A DNA stretch of 64,000 nt, from assembly GCA_963828125.1 (NCBI GenBank), contig CAWHDP010000002.1, forward strand, positions 1,536,001-1,600,000, in the 5' to 3' direction. The notes below the pieces were generated by a model. The model saw only the letters and a program-made list of their open reading frames with translations, did not search any database and was not told the DNA's origin. The DNA comes from an uncultured Chlamydiae bacterium (GTDB lineage: Bacteria; Chlamydiota; Chlamydiia; Chlamydiales; SM23-39). This document shows positions 8,090 through 18,682 of this stretch, piece after piece (positions within the stretch are counted from its first letter, which is position 1; every line of letters begins with the position of its first letter). The translations under genes were made by a program, and so were the position numbers.

Positions 8090-9590
8090 AATAGTTTTTA
8101 GCCAGCTCTGTATATTGGGCCAGTTGCCTCTTTTCCCATTCTTCATCATAGCCCAGTTCCCGGGCCATGATGCGGGCGGCCTCAGGGGCGATTTCCAATG
8201 AGGCTTTCACGTTGAGGAATAAGCTCCTCGTCCGTCTCGCGAGAGCGTCTTCGAGGGTGCGGGCCATCTCTTGTTTCGCAGCCCAAGAGATATCGCCGAC
8301 CGAATAGGGGAGAGACGGGTGGAGCCGCCGGTGGGCGCCCGGATCGTCCTTGGCCGAGTCTGGCTTTCCGTAACCTTGCAGACGCAAGGTTTTTGTGCGG
8401 CAGGGGGAGTCTCCCAAACGGCCAACCAAAATGGCCCGATCGACCGCATCTTCCGCCATTTTTCTGTAGGTCGTCCACTTCCCGCCAGCTATTGTGATCA
8501 ATCCTGAATCGGCCACGACAATTCTATGATTGCGCGATAGAGCAGCTGTATTTTTACTCTCCCCTTTTTTGACAAGGGGCCTGAGTCCTGCAAAAACACT
8601 TAACACATCGTCTCGCCCAGGCGCACGGGTTAAATACCGTTTGGCGTGATTCAAAAGGAAATCGATCTCTTCTTGCAGCGGTTTTGGCTCCAAAACGATC
8701 TGTTTTACAGGCGTGTCGGTCGTCCCCATCAAAACATGGCCCAGCCACGGGATAAAAAAGAGAACTCGTCCATCGTCGGTTTTTGGAATCATGACGGCTG
8801 TATCCGACGGGAGAAAAGAGCGATCGAAAACGAGGTGGATCCCTTGACTAGGAGCGATGATCGGCCCTCTTTTTTCTCCATCGAGCCGTCTCACAGAATC
8901 GGAAAAAACGCCGGTCGCATTGATCACCGTTCTCGAGAAGATTTCCACCTCTTCGCCCGACTCTTCATCGCGGACGATGGCCCCTCTTAAACGCCCCTTT
9001 TCTTTAATGAATCGAATGACAGGCGTATAGTTGACGACAACAGCCCCCTCATCTACCGCTGTTTGCGCTAAAGCGATTGCAAGCCGCGCGTCGTCGAATT
9101 GTCCGTCGTAGTAGACCACCCCGCCCCTCAAGCGATCGGGTTTTAGCGTTGGGATGCGGCGCAGCGTCTCTTCTTGGGATAGGCGCTCCGATTTCTCGAT
9201 CCCCAGCCTGCCAGCAAGAAGATCATATACTTTCAAGCCAGCCCCATAGTAGAAACCCTCCCACCACCGGTAATTTGGAACCAAAAACGGGAGATGGCTG
9301 ACGAGATGAGGCGCATTTTGACAAAGGATTCCCCGCTCTTTGAGCGCCTCCATGACAAGGGATAAATTCCCCTGTTCCAGATACCGGACTCCTCCATGAA
9401 CAAGCTTCGTGCTGCGGCTCGAAGTCCCTTTTGCAAAATCGCTCTGTTCAACCAGGAGCGTCCGGAACCCCCTCGACGCCGCATCGAGCGCAATCCCTAA
9501 CCCCGTCGCCCCTCCGCCAATCACGAGTACATCCCAGATCACAGCCGATTTGAGCTCTGCGATCATTTCGGTCCGGTTCAATGTTCCCAT
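8043..9590 (-). CDS. glpD: FAD-dependent glycerol-3-phosphate dehydrogenase
   Basis: [27 protein letters not shown] and GGKWTTYR motifs. Start re-placed at MGTLNR. Confidence 0.95.
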   Translation of the reverse strand: MGTLNRTEMIAELKSAVIWDVLVIGGGATGLGIALDAASRGFRTLLVEQSDFAKGTSSRSTKLVHGGVRYLEQGNLSLVMEALKERGILCQNAPHLVSHLPFLVPNYRWWEGFYYGAGLKVYDLLAGRLGIEKSERLSQEETLRRIPTLKPDRLRGGVVYYDGQFDDARLAIALAQTAVDEGAVVVNYTPVIRFIKEKGRLRGAIVRDEESGEEVEIFSRTVINATGVFSDSVRRLDGEKRGPIIAPSQGIHLVFDRSFLPSDTAVMIPKTDDGRVLFFIPWLGHVLMGTTDTPVKQIVLEPKPLQEEIDFLLNHAKRYLTRAPGRDDVLSVFAGLRPLVKKGESKNTAALSRNHRIVVADSGLITIAGGKWTTYRKMAEDAVDRAILVGRLGDSPCRTKTLRLQGYGKPDSAKDDPGAHRRLHPSLPYSVGDISWAAKQEMARTLEDALARRTRSLFLNVKASLEIAPEAARIMARELGYDEEWEKRQLAQYTELAKNYSTGGASIRTSSFFST

Positions 9591-11050
9591 CCCTTCGCCC
9601 GCTCTACGGCCCGATTCCACTGGACGATTTTTTGAGGATCCCCTTTTTTCGGTGAGAATTTTTTATCGAGTTCCCAAGTCTTCAACACATCCTCTGGTTT
9701 TTTCCACATCCCGACCGCAAGAGCCGCTAAAACAGCCGCCCCGAGAGCCGTTAACTCCTTATTTTTAGGACGCAGGACGGGGGCATGGATCAAATCGGCC
9801 TGCATCTGCATGAGCAGCTCGCTCGCCACCACCCCTCCGTCGACACAGAGCTTAGAGATCGGGATCTTGGCGTCCTTTTGCATAGCGGCCAAAATGGCTG
9901 CGGCTTGAAAAGCGATGCTCTCTAGAGCCGCCCTGGCGATATGAGCCCCATTCGTACCCCGCGAAATGCCGACGATCGTCCCTCTTGCTTCCGGATCCCA
10001 GTAAGGTGCGCCGAGACCCGTAAACGCAGGGACAAAATAGACCCCGCCCGTATTGGGAACAGAGCCTGCCAACGCATCGATCTCCGAACTTTTTTTAATG
10101 AGCCCCAAACCATCCCTCAGCCAAGAGATGACCGCCCCTGCAATAAAAATGCTCCCCTCTAGCGCATATTTGACGACCCCATCGATCGAATAGGCAATCG
10201 TTGTGAGGAGTTTTTTTTTAGAAAGAACCGGTTTTTCTCCGATATTCATCAAAAGAAAACACCCCGTTCCATAGGTTCCCTTCACAGATCCCGGCTCGAA
10301 GCACCCCTGCCCGATCAGCGCCGCCTGTTGATCCCCTGCGATCCCCCCGATCCGGATCGGCGAGCCGAAAAGACTCGCGTCGCTCTCCCCGTACACCTCT
10401 GAGCAGCTCTTTACCGCAGGTAAGATCGCCGCTGGGATTTTGAGTAGATCGAGCAACTCCGTATCCCACTCCCCTTTTTTGATGTTATAGAGAAGCGTTC
10501 GGCTCGCATTCGTCGCATCAGTGATGTGAAGCCGCCCCTTGGTCAGATTCCAAACCAGCCAAGTATCGACCGTCCCGAATGCGAGATCACCCCCCCTCGC
10601 CTTTTCCCTCGCCCCTTTCACATGATCGAGAATCCAACGGATTTTCGTTCCCGAAAAGTAAGGATCGAGAAGAAGACCTGTCTTGCTTCTAAAAATCGCC
10701 TCGTGATTTTTGAGCTTTTGGCACAGCGGAGCCGTCCGCCGATCCTGCCATACGATGGCCGGATAAATCGGAACCCCTGTTTTCCGATCCCAAACAAGGG
10801 TGGTCTCCCTCTGATTGGTGATGCCGATCACAGCGATATCGCCCGCTTGTAAAGAGGCCTTAGCCATCGCCCCCCGAGCGACACTCAATTGAGTCGACCA
10901 GATATCCATTGGATCGTGCTCGACATAGCCAGATTGGGGAAAATATTGGGGAAACTCTCTCTGATCGATCGCAATGACCTCGCCGTTTTGGTTTAAAACA
11001 AGAGCCTTGGAAGAGGTCGTCCCCTGATCGAAAGCGAGAATGTACTTCAT
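9578..11050 (-). CDS. glpK: glycerol kinase
   Basis: [34 protein letters not shown] and GTYGTG motifs. Start at MKYILAF. Confidence 0.96.
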   Translation of the reverse strand: MKYILAFDQGTTSSKALVLNQNGEVIAIDQREFPQYFPQSGYVEHDPMDIWSTQLSVARGAMAKASLQAGDIAVIGITNQRETTLVWDRKTGVPIYPAIVWQDRRTAPLCQKLKNHEAIFRSKTGLLLDPYFSGTKIRWILDHVKGAREKARGGDLAFGTVDTWLVWNLTKGRLHITDATNASRTLLYNIKKGEWDTELLDLLKIPAAILPAVKSCSEVYGESDASLFGSPIRIGGIAGDQQAALIGQGCFEPGSVKGTYGTGCFLLMNIGEKPVLSKKKLLTTIAYSIDGVVKYALEGSIFIAGAVISWLRDGLGLIKKSSEIDALAGSVPNTGGVYFVPAFTGLGAPYWDPEARGTIVGISRGTNGAHIARAALESIAFQAAAILAAMQKDAKIPISKLCVDGGVVASELLMQMQADLIHAPVLRPKNKELTALGAAVLAALAVGMWKKPEDVLKTWELDKKFSPKKGDPQKIVQWNRAVERAKGWEH

Positions 11051-11102
11051 AGACTTCTTCTTATTGAAAGGAAAATCAAAAATCAAGTACGTAGAAAATA
11101 AG

Positions 11103-11834
11103 ATGACGATCTTTCTCGCAGAACTATTTGGAACCTTTCTTCTCCTCCTCCTGGGCAATGGAGTAGTCGCCAATGCCCTCCTCTCTCAATCCAAAGGGGA
11201 GAAAGGGGGATGGATCGTGATCACCGCCGGCTGGGGCTTTGCCGTTGCGATCGGAGTCTATGCGGTTGGTTGGGTCAGCGGCGGCCACCTCAATCCAGCC
11301 GTCACCCTGAGCCTTGCCCTCATCAAACTCACCCCCTGGCCCCTCGTCCCCCTCTATATCGGGGGCCAGATCATCGGCTCCATGCTCGGCGCCCTCTTCG
11401 TTTGGCTCTCTTATTATCCCCACTGGGCCGTCACCCAAGAGGCCGACATGAAACTTCTCTGCTTTTGCACGAAGCCTGCAATCCGGAAACTGAAGTGGAA
11501 TTTTCTCAATGAAATCATCGGCACAGCGGCTCTCCTCATCGGAGTACTCGCGATCTTCAATGCCCATAACGGGATCGGATCTGGAGTCGGCCCGTACGCT
11601 GTCGGTATCCTGATCTTTAGCATCGGACTTTCTTTAGGAGGCCCCACCGGATTTGCCATCAATCCCGCCCGCGACTTAGGGCCGAGACTCATGCACCAGT
11701 GGCTCCCTATCGCTGGCAAACGGGACTCCGATTGGAGCTACGCTTGGGTTCCCATCCTCGGCCCCCTCATCGGCGGCCCCCTCGGCGCTTTTCTCTATCA
11801 TTGGCTCATCAGCCCCTTGACGCCTCTTCTTTAG
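11103..11834 (+). CDS. glpF: glycerol uptake facilitator (MIP aquaglyceroporin)
   Basis: [10 protein letters not shown] and [11 protein letters not shown] (second NPA followed by RD). Adjacent to glpK. Confidence 0.95.
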   Translation: MTIFLAELFGTFLLLLLGNGVVANALLSQSKGEKGGWIVITAGWGFAVAIGVYAVGWVSGGHLNPAVTLSLALIKLTPWPLVPLYIGGQIIGSMLGALFVWLSYYPHWAVTQEADMKLLCFCTKPAIRKLKWNFLNEIIGTAALLIGVLAIFNAHNGIGSGVGPYAVGILIFSIGLSLGGPTGFAINPARDLGPRLMHQWLPIAGKRDSDWSYAWVPILGPLIGGPLGAFLYHWLISPLTPLL

Positions 11835-12175
11835 GAGACGTCCTTCGTCAAAGCCCTTTGTGTGGCCCTACCGATATAATATTTGTCGATCTTCTCGAGC
11901 ATTTTCATCGTTGCTATAAAAACGACGCCCATCCCAATACCTGTCCCTATGACGGGTAAGGGGATTAGGGTGCTCAAAAGCAACCCTAAAGCCGTTGCGG
12001 CAATGGCGCCAATGATCATGGTCAACACTTTGAGAGTCCATTTAGCCGTTTTTTCGCCGCACGTTAACTGTTGACTGTCGTGGTTAAATTGCGCAACTTG
12101 TTTTAGTTGAGCTTGTGTTAATACGGTTGTTGATAAGTTGCTACTACTACTACTATTAGTAGTTGAAATGCTCAT
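11831..12175 (-). CDS. putative inclusion membrane (Inc)-like protein
   Basis: Ser/Thr/Asn-rich N-terminus (MSISTTNSSSSS) plus a ~45-aa bilobed hydrophobic stretch. Confidence 0.65.
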   Translation of the reverse strand: MSISTTNSSSSSNLSTTVLTQAQLKQVAQFNHDSQQLTCGEKTAKWTLKVLTMIIGAIAATALGLLLSTLIPLPVIGTGIGMGVVFIATMKMLEKIDKYYIGRATQRALTKDVS

Positions 12176-12267
12176 ATTGAACCCTCGTTTTTTTACAATG
12201 TGATTATACATTATTATTTAATTTCTGTAAATTGTTAATTTTAAAATTCTGCAATCTATGTTTTTTA

Positions 12268-12300
12268 ACTGTTTTGTTTACTAAAAGTAAACAAAACAGT
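12268..12300. promoter_or_regulatory. perfect 15-bp inverted repeat in a divergent promoter region
   Basis: ACTGTTTTGTTTACT-AAA-AGTAAACAAAACAGT. Confidence 0.6.
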
Positions 12301-12331
12301 ACAATAGGTGTAAAATAAAAGAAAAAAATAA

Positions 12332-13933
12332 ATGATTACATTTGCAGCAGGCTGGCGGAAAACGGGAATCGTCGAACAACTACGACAAACCGAAGTACCG
12401 AAAGCAGGCAGTACATCGCTTGCCGCTATCCCTATTATTGCCAGAACACATAAGGACAGGCCATTGGGCGGGGACTTTTCTGCGCTAACAGCAGCAGGGG
12501 AAGTCTGGCGGCGTTATCATATAGTCAAAGAGGCAGCTCTCCATGATGCCGCACAAACCGATCCCCGAATTCAAGAAATATCTGTCTTAATAAACAACAA
12601 TGACGCCATATCCTTAAATATCTTGATACAAGATCCAAAAATACAAAAACTTCCAACAAAATTGCTTTATCAGATTTTGATGAATGCCAAACCCAACTAC
12701 GATTGCTTGAGGCTGATTTTCAGGCTCCAAAACATTAGATTTCTTGACCCCTCGCAAATGGCTGACGCCCTATGTACGTTATTAGCACGGATCAATTTTT
12801 TACAGCTATCAAATCAGGCTCCGATAGTTGCATTATTTGCCGCATTGCCGCGAGCGCGCCAAATTGCGAAGTCAGAGTTACTTGATCTTTTGGAATGGAC
12901 TCGAGATACATCGCCAGGCATATCGCAAAAACTAGCTGTCTCTCTACTTTCTGCTTTGGATTCCAATAGAGCTCTTGCCGAGCCGATAACCGAAGAAATC
13001 AGATCTCTTGTATGGATTGACGAAGCGAGGGAAGTACAAAAACTCCAGCTATTCGGACCTATGAAAGACCTTTCGCAAAGCACATCGTATCAAGTCCCGG
13101 AATGCGCAATAATCCCCTTCAAATGCGCTTTTCTATATCCCGCACGTAGAGAGCGGCAATTAGGCTCTCGTGTTCTTTGTTTAACGGGCAGGGTTCGAGA
13201 ACTTGTCCAAGATGTTTCTGAAAATCGTCAACGATTTGTCCAGTTCGTAAAGTTAATATTTGCTCAAATGAGCGCAATAGATGCGGAAAATTATATCTCA
13301 ATAAAACATAAGCTCTCGATAGAGAACGTAATTCATAAAATTGCCGATATTAGCCGCAGAACGGTATTATTTGATTTTAAATGGAACCAACTCGATGGCA
13401 ATGTATATACACAATCTTTTGGTTCTATTGCGCTCGAATGTTATAAAACTGGAAATTGCAATGTACAAACATTAGTGTGTTATTCGTTAATTAAAGATAG
13501 GGGAAATCAACTTAAATATCCTCTTGAGGAGATAAAATGTATGAGATTAAAAGATCACGTTGCTCTTCTCGTTAAAGACCCCGAGGGATCTCTGATTATC
13601 GACCCCTGGTCTCGGGCCGTATACCCTTGGGATCTGGCCAGAGATTATCTATATGATTTTATTTGCGATACTCTCCTTCTTGGAGAAGGAGATTCAATTA
13701 TTCATGTTCCAGTTGTAGAAAAAATTCAAGAAAATCCAAACATTCATCCCTTTATTGAATTGTCAGAACAACAATGTTTGGAGCAACTAAAGGCCAAAAA
13801 TCCTTCATTTAATCTCTCCTTACAGGATTTAACCTCTGATAGAAATGATCTAGGCCTCTATGAAAAAATAAAACAGTACTATACCTCAACTCTTGACGAA
13901 ATCGCGAAAAACGTAACCGACGCACTTTCTTGA
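12332..13933 (+). CDS. hypothetical protein with transglutaminase/papain-like Cys-His-Asp motif; candidate effector
   Basis: GNC...DHV...IIDPW in the C-terminal half; AT-rich gene. Confidence 0.75.
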   Translation: MITFAAGWRKTGIVEQLRQTEVPKAGSTSLAAIPIIARTHKDRPLGGDFSALTAAGEVWRRYHIVKEAALHDAAQTDPRIQEISVLINNNDAISLNILIQDPKIQKLPTKLLYQILMNAKPNYDCLRLIFRLQNIRFLDPSQMADALCTLLARINFLQLSNQAPIVALFAALPRARQIAKSELLDLLEWTRDTSPGISQKLAVSLLSALDSNRALAEPITEEIRSLVWIDEAREVQKLQLFGPMKDLSQSTSYQVPECAIIPFKCAFLYPARRERQLGSRVLCLTGRVRELVQDVSENRQRFVQFVKLIFAQMSAIDAENYISIKHKLSIENVIHKIADISRRTVLFDFKWNQLDGNVYTQSFGSIALECYKTGNCNVQTLVCYSLIKDRGNQLKYPLEEIKCMRLKDHVALLVKDPEGSLIIDPWSRAVYPWDLARDYLYDFICDTLLLGEGDSIIHVPVVEKIQENPNIHPFIELSEQQCLEQLKAKNPSFNLSLQDLTSDRNDLGLYEKIKQYYTSTLDEIAKNVTDALS

Positions 13934-13973
13934 TTTTTGATGAGAGAATATTCTCCTGGACATTGGCCATTTT

Positions 13974-15251
13974 TCATCGACTTCTCTTTCCCTTTTTGCT
14001 CACAAAGTAGCGACTGCTTAATAGAGCATCATTCTCATCAGTCTCCAAATAGCGGAGACGGAGGGAGGCGAAACAGAGGAGAGAGACGAACCAGGTTAGG
14101 TGGTGGTTGAGGTTATGGTTGCTGACGGCAAAGGAGAGGACATTGATCAGCCCAATCATCTGGACTTGTCCCAAGAAATGGGAGGTTTCGTCTTGAATAG
14201 AGCGTCTATATCCAAAACCTTTTTCGATGAATAAAAAAAACAGACTGCCGAGAAGGAGGAGCGTCCCCACGACCCCTAGTTCAAAGAGGAGTTGGAGATA
14301 GACGTTGTGAATGTTGGTGAGCGAGGCGAAGCCAACGCCCCAAAAAGGGTGCTCTTTGACTTGCTCGATGGCGTTTTGCCAAGTAAAGTATCTATCTCCA
14401 AGCGATCCTTCGTTTATTTTTTGTCGAAAGCCGGCAGACAGGATCATAAACATGTTGAGTTTGAAGAGGGCAAGGAGGGAGAACATGGCGGTGACAAATA
14501 GAGTAAGAGCTGTGAAGGCTTTGAGGAAATAACCCGATTTCCAGGCGAGGTAGATCATCGCAAATAGGAAGGAGAGATAGGCGGCGCGGGTTGTGGTGAG
14601 GAGGAAGGCCAAAAAGGTGGCTAAAAAGGCAAGGGTGAACGATTTTTTGGAAAAACGGAAGGTTGGGAGTTTTTTGTCGAGGAAGATGAGGGTGAGAAGG
14701 GCAAGGACAAAACTCGAGACAATGCCGTATTCATTCGGATAGGAGCCGGGAGAGAAGCGGAGGAGATTAAAACCAAATTGGGTGAGGATGGAAAAGCGGG
14801 CGATGAGTCCGATGGGGATGATTTTAAGATAGTAGCCAATATAAAAGAGATAGCCGATGGCAAGCGAGAGAAAAAAGAAGGTGAGATAGGTTTTCAGTAG
14901 GGCAAAGATCTCCGTTTTTTTTGTGAGGACGGATGCAGCTCCGAGAATAAAGAAAAATTGGCAGAAGAGGAGGAAGAGGCGAAAGAGGGTGTGCGGTTCG
15001 TTCGGGGCGCCGAAGTTTTCAACGAGAAAGGCTGAGATATAGCAATAAATAAAAAAAGGGAGGAGGAGGGCGCCGATTTTGGCAAGCCGCTCATTCATGC
15101 GGAGGAAAAAAAGGGGGAAAAAGGGGAGGAGAAAATAGTAGGCGCGAAAGGAGGAGGGGAAAAAATAGGGGGTCAAAATATTGCCGAGGGGGCCTAATGC
15201 GGCAAAGGAGAAGAGGAGACATTTCTTCACATTGAGGCGGAGGACGCTCAT
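13974..15251 (-). CDS. O-antigen ligase/polymerase (Wzy_C) family membrane protein
   Basis: Multi-TM, with PNEYG, LTTTRAA, SLGDR, HPFWGVG and HNVYLQLLFELG motifs. Confidence 0.85.
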   Translation of the reverse strand: MSVLRLNVKKCLLFSFAALGPLGNILTPYFFPSSFRAYYFLLPFFPLFFLRMNERLAKIGALLLPFFIYCYISAFLVENFGAPNEPHTLFRLFLLFCQFFFILGAASVLTKKTEIFALLKTYLTFFFLSLAIGYLFYIGYYLKIIPIGLIARFSILTQFGFNLLRFSPGSYPNEYGIVSSFVLALLTLIFLDKKLPTFRFSKKSFTLAFLATFLAFLLTTTRAAYLSFLFAMIYLAWKSGYFLKAFTALTLFVTAMFSLLALFKLNMFMILSAGFRQKINEGSLGDRYFTWQNAIEQVKEHPFWGVGFASLTNIHNVYLQLLFELGVVGTLLLLGSLFFLFIEKGFGYRRSIQDETSHFLGQVQMIGLINVLSFAVSNHNLNHHLTWFVSLLCFASLRLRYLETDENDALLSSRYFVSKKGKRSR

Positions 15252-17797
15252 TTTTTCAGATGTTTACTCAAAAAGGAGGAGAGCTTCATCATGTCGATCG
15301 GCTCTTTTCCAATGATTTTAGAGAGCGCCGCATCGGGGATGATCCTCCGTTTATTGATCGGGTCTTGGAGTTTGTGGGCTTTAATGTATTCCCAGATCTT
15401 TTTCGTCGCCTCCGGACGGCTCAATTCAGAGACGCCTACGATTTTGGCCAAATCAGCTGAAACTTTATAAGCTGGCTGCGGAACGGCTCTCTTTTTCTTC
15501 GGCTCTTTTTCCTCTTTGCCCCCTTTTTTCCCAAATTTCCCCCGTTTGCCCCTTTTGACGTAGGGCGTTTTCGGGTGATTTGCATCATATTTTTCCTCCA
15601 ACTGATCGAGCGTCGAGACGATCACGTCGCAATCGGGATAATTTGTGCAGGAGAAAAAAGTCTTTCCAAAGCGCGATTTACGGGCTGTGAGGCGCCCGTC
15701 GCAGCCGATCGCAGGGCATGCAGGGAGATTTTCGGCGGTATAGACCGTCTCCCCTTTCTTCGGAATATTGACGATCCCCTTGCATTCGGGATAGCGGGAA
15801 CAGCCGAGGAAGGCCCCATATTTGCCATGGCGCACTGTCATCGGGGATCCGCAGGTCGGGCAGGGTTGGTCCCAATTGAAGGCCTCATCGTAATCTTCTC
15901 TATTGAAAGTGAGCGCCTCGATCGGCGCGGTATAATCGCAGTCGGGATAATTGGAACAGCCGTAAAAATACTTGTTGCGCGACCAGATTTTTTGCAACTT
16001 ATGCTTGCATTTCGGGCAGTCGATCTCGGTGAGGAGTTTGGGGACGACCGCCTCTTTTTCAGCTTTCTCGACGAGCGGAATGAAATCCTTCCAGAAATCG
16101 CGGATCAGATCCTTCCAGTTTTTATTGTGCTCGGCGACTTGCTCCAGCTGATCTTCCATCTGCGCAGTGAATGTGACGTCCATGATCGGCGGGAAGTTTT
16201 GCTCTAGCATGGCGCAAATCACTTTTCCCAGTTCTGTCGGCTTCAATGCCTGACTCTCCTTGACGGTGTAATCGCGGCTCTGGATTTTGTTCATGATCGC
16301 CGCATAGGTAGAGGGGCGGCCGATTCCAAGCCGCTCTAATTCTTTGACGAGCGAGGCCTCTGTAAAACGGGGCGGCGGCTTAGTAAACGACTGAGTCGAA
16401 ATCACCTCATGCAGATGGAGCGGCATGTTGGGCTCCAGAGGGGGGAGAATTTTTGCTCTCTCATCTTCCTCTTCAGTTTGCCCCTTGTCGCTCTTCTCTT
16501 CGTAGGCGGCGAGATAACCATTGAATTTGATCACAGAACCCGTCGCTCGGAGCATCATCTCTTGATCGGTCGCAATATCGGCAGAGACGGTATCGTAGAT
16601 CGCTGGATTCATTTGGGAGGCGATGAACCTCCGCCAAATCAGCAAATAGAGTTTATACTCATCCACGCTCAGATAGGGCCGTATCCGCTCCGGATCATGG
16701 GCCACATTCGTCGGACGAATCCCTTCGTGAGCCTCTTGGGCTGTTTTTTTCGAGGCGTAAATTTTCGGCTGGTCGGGGAGATAGGCAGGGCCGAACCGGT
16801 CTGCAATGTATTTACGGGCGCTTCCAATCGCTTCCGGGGCGATATTGACCGAGTCGGTACGCATATAGGTGATGAGACCCTCGGTCCCATCGGGACCCAT
16901 GTCGATCCCTTCGTAGAGCCCTTGCGCAATATTCATAGTCCGCGCCACAGAAAAGCCGTAGTGGCGGCTCGCCTCTTGCTGGAGCGTTGAAGTAATGAAC
17001 GGGGGAACTGGGTTCCTCTTTTTCTCTTTTTTCTCGACGCTCGCAACGGTGTATTTCGCTTTTTTTAGCTTGTCGGTGATTTTTTTTGCCGTCTCTCCAT
17101 CGCCAATCAGGAAACACTCCTTGCTCCCCCTCTCCTTCTCGACTTTCAGCCCTTGGACGCTCAAAAGAGCGGCTGGAAACTTTCTTTCCCCTTTCGGCTC
17201 CAAAATCGCCCCGATATTCCAGTATTCGACAGGGACGAAAGCGTCGATCTCTTTTTCGCGGTCGACGACGAGTTTGAGAGCGACCGACTGCACCCGCCCA
17301 GCGGAAGAACCGTGGCTCCCCCGCTTCACTTTCCGAGTCAAAATCGGAGAAATTTTATATCCGACAATCCGATCCAGAAGGCGGCGCGCCTGCTGCGCAT
17401 TGACGAGATCCATGTCTATATCGCGGGGGTGGTCGAGAGATTCTTGGACTGCGGCTTTGGTGATCGACTGAAAGGCGGTCCGCTTCATTTTGGTCCCCTT
17501 AGGGAGAATGGAGGCGATATGCCATGCAATCGCCTCCCCCTCCCGATCAGGATCAGGTGAGAGATAGACAATATCGACCTTCTTCGCGGCCTCTTGCAGC
17601 TCTTTGATCACCTCTTTCTTGTCGGCTAGGGTCACATACTTCGGCTCGAAATCGTGTTCCACGTCGATCCCGAACTCTTTTTGGGGTAGATCGCGGATGT
17701 GACCGATCGAAGATGCAAAAATAAAGTTAGAGCCAAGAAATTTCTTGAGCGTCTTGATCTTCGCAGGGGATTCGACGATGACTAGGGCCTTGGCCAT
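15248..17797 (-). CDS. topA: DNA topoisomerase I with C-terminal SWIB/MDM2 domain
   Basis: IVESPAK, DPDREGE and LITYMRTDS motifs, C4 zinc ribbons, and a terminal SWIB (RPEATKKIWEYIKAHKLQD) typical of chlamydiae. Confidence 0.97.
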   Translation of the reverse strand: MAKALVIVESPAKIKTLKKFLGSNFIFASSIGHIRDLPQKEFGIDVEHDFEPKYVTLADKKEVIKELQEAAKKVDIVYLSPDPDREGEAIAWHIASILPKGTKMKRTAFQSITKAAVQESLDHPRDIDMDLVNAQQARRLLDRIVGYKISPILTRKVKRGSHGSSAGRVQSVALKLVVDREKEIDAFVPVEYWNIGAILEPKGERKFPAALLSVQGLKVEKERGSKECFLIGDGETAKKITDKLKKAKYTVASVEKKEKKRNPVPPFITSTLQQEASRHYGFSVARTMNIAQGLYEGIDMGPDGTEGLITYMRTDSVNIAPEAIGSARKYIADRFGPAYLPDQPKIYASKKTAQEAHEGIRPTNVAHDPERIRPYLSVDEYKLYLLIWRRFIASQMNPAIYDTVSADIATDQEMMLRATGSVIKFNGYLAAYEEKSDKGQTEEEDERAKILPPLEPNMPLHLHEVISTQSFTKPPPRFTEASLVKELERLGIGRPSTYAAIMNKIQSRDYTVKESQALKPTELGKVICAMLEQNFPPIMDVTFTAQMEDQLEQVAEHNKNWKDLIRDFWKDFIPLVEKAEKEAVVPKLLTEIDCPKCKHKLQKIWSRNKYFYGCSNYPDCDYTAPIEALTFNREDYDEAFNWDQPCPTCGSPMTVRHGKYGAFLGCSRYPECKGIVNIPKKGETVYTAENLPACPAIGCDGRLTARKSRFGKTFFSCTNYPDCDVIVSTLDQLEEKYDANHPKTPYVKRGKRGKFGKKGGKEEKEPKKKRAVPQPAYKVSADLAKIVGVSELSRPEATKKIWEYIKAHKLQDPINKRRIIPDAALSKIIGKEPIDMMKLSSFLSKHLKK

Positions 17798-17893
17798 GCT
17801 ATATAGTCCTTGAAACCGGACAGATAGTACCCGATTTGACAATTTCTAGAAAGTATTGAGAAGATTTCGGCCCTGGCTTCATAATGTCCTTGT

Positions 17894-18682
17894 ATGACAG
17901 ATCGGGATTTGCTTGCACTAGATAATGTCGGTTTCATCCCCGGTCCTGGGGAAATAGAGGGAGATTTTTTAGAGCGGGTAAAAAGGACTCGGGAGAGATT
18001 TGCGAAGGGAGGGGGGATTCCACAGGCCCATTGGGATTGGGTCAGGGAGTATCTCGATCAGATGTTTCATGTAAAGCCGCTTTACATTTGCGCATTTTAT
18101 TCGGACCGCCGTCTTGCCCCTTGGCAGGGGGCTGCCGCCTGGATTGAGGGGCGCGAGCTCCGATCGATCCAGCTTCGCGAGGGGCTGAAACGGGGAAGCT
18201 ACTTAGGGTTATATACGCGTGAAGAGATATTGGCCCATGAAGCGGTTCATGCAGTCCGCAGTGGATTTGACGAGAGCCGGTGCGAAGAATTTTTTGCTTA
18301 CATGACCTCTGAGAAGAGCTGGCGAAGGGTTCTTGGCCCAATTCTCCGGAGGCCGTGGGAAGCGTGGCCTTTTCTTGCAACAGCTGGCATGGGGATCTTT
18401 TGGCCGGCCGGTTATTTGGGTTCTGCCGTATGGGCGGCGATCGGATTTGGCCGATTGATCAGACAGCATTTGCGGTTGCGGAGAGCCGCAGCTCGCATTT
18501 TAGCGTTGACCCAAGATGCGCGGATAGCGAGGGCGATCTTATTTCGACTCACCGATGAGGAGATCAGGCAGTTTGCAAAAGGGGTCGATATTGGGCTGTT
18601 TGCGGAAACACAAACCTGTTTGCGCTGGAGAGTCATTCGAAATTATTTGAAAGGAGAAGCATGGCTAAAAAAATTATCGTAG
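17894..18682 (+). CDS. chlamydial-type hypothetical protein with HExxH motif, divergent from topA
   Basis: HEAVH followed by EE, and a C-terminal TM. The position next to topA resembles Chlamydia synteny as recalled, not checked. Confidence 0.8.
   Translation: MTDRDLLALDNVGFIPGPGEIEGDFLERVKRTRERFAKGGGIPQAHWDWVREYLDQMFHVKPLYICAFYSDRRLAPWQGAAAWIEGRELRSIQLREGLKRGSYLGLYTREEILAHEAVHAVRSGFDESRCEEFFAYMTSEKSWRRVLGPILRRPWEAWPFLATAGMGIFWPAGYLGSAVWAAIGFGRLIRQHLRLRRAAARILALTQDARIARAILFRLTDEEIRQFAKGVDIGLFAETQTCLRWRVIRNYLKGEAWLKKLS

Noticed and set aside
8030..8095. Possible frameshift at the G6/T4 run in the 7751 ORF, giving an alternative C-terminus
   Set aside because: Both frames stop within a few bases of each other and both overlap glpD. 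It cannot be decided without homologs or reads.
15248..15500. TopA-SWIB fusion as a novelty
   Set aside because: A known chlamydial feature; used only as a taxonomic marker.
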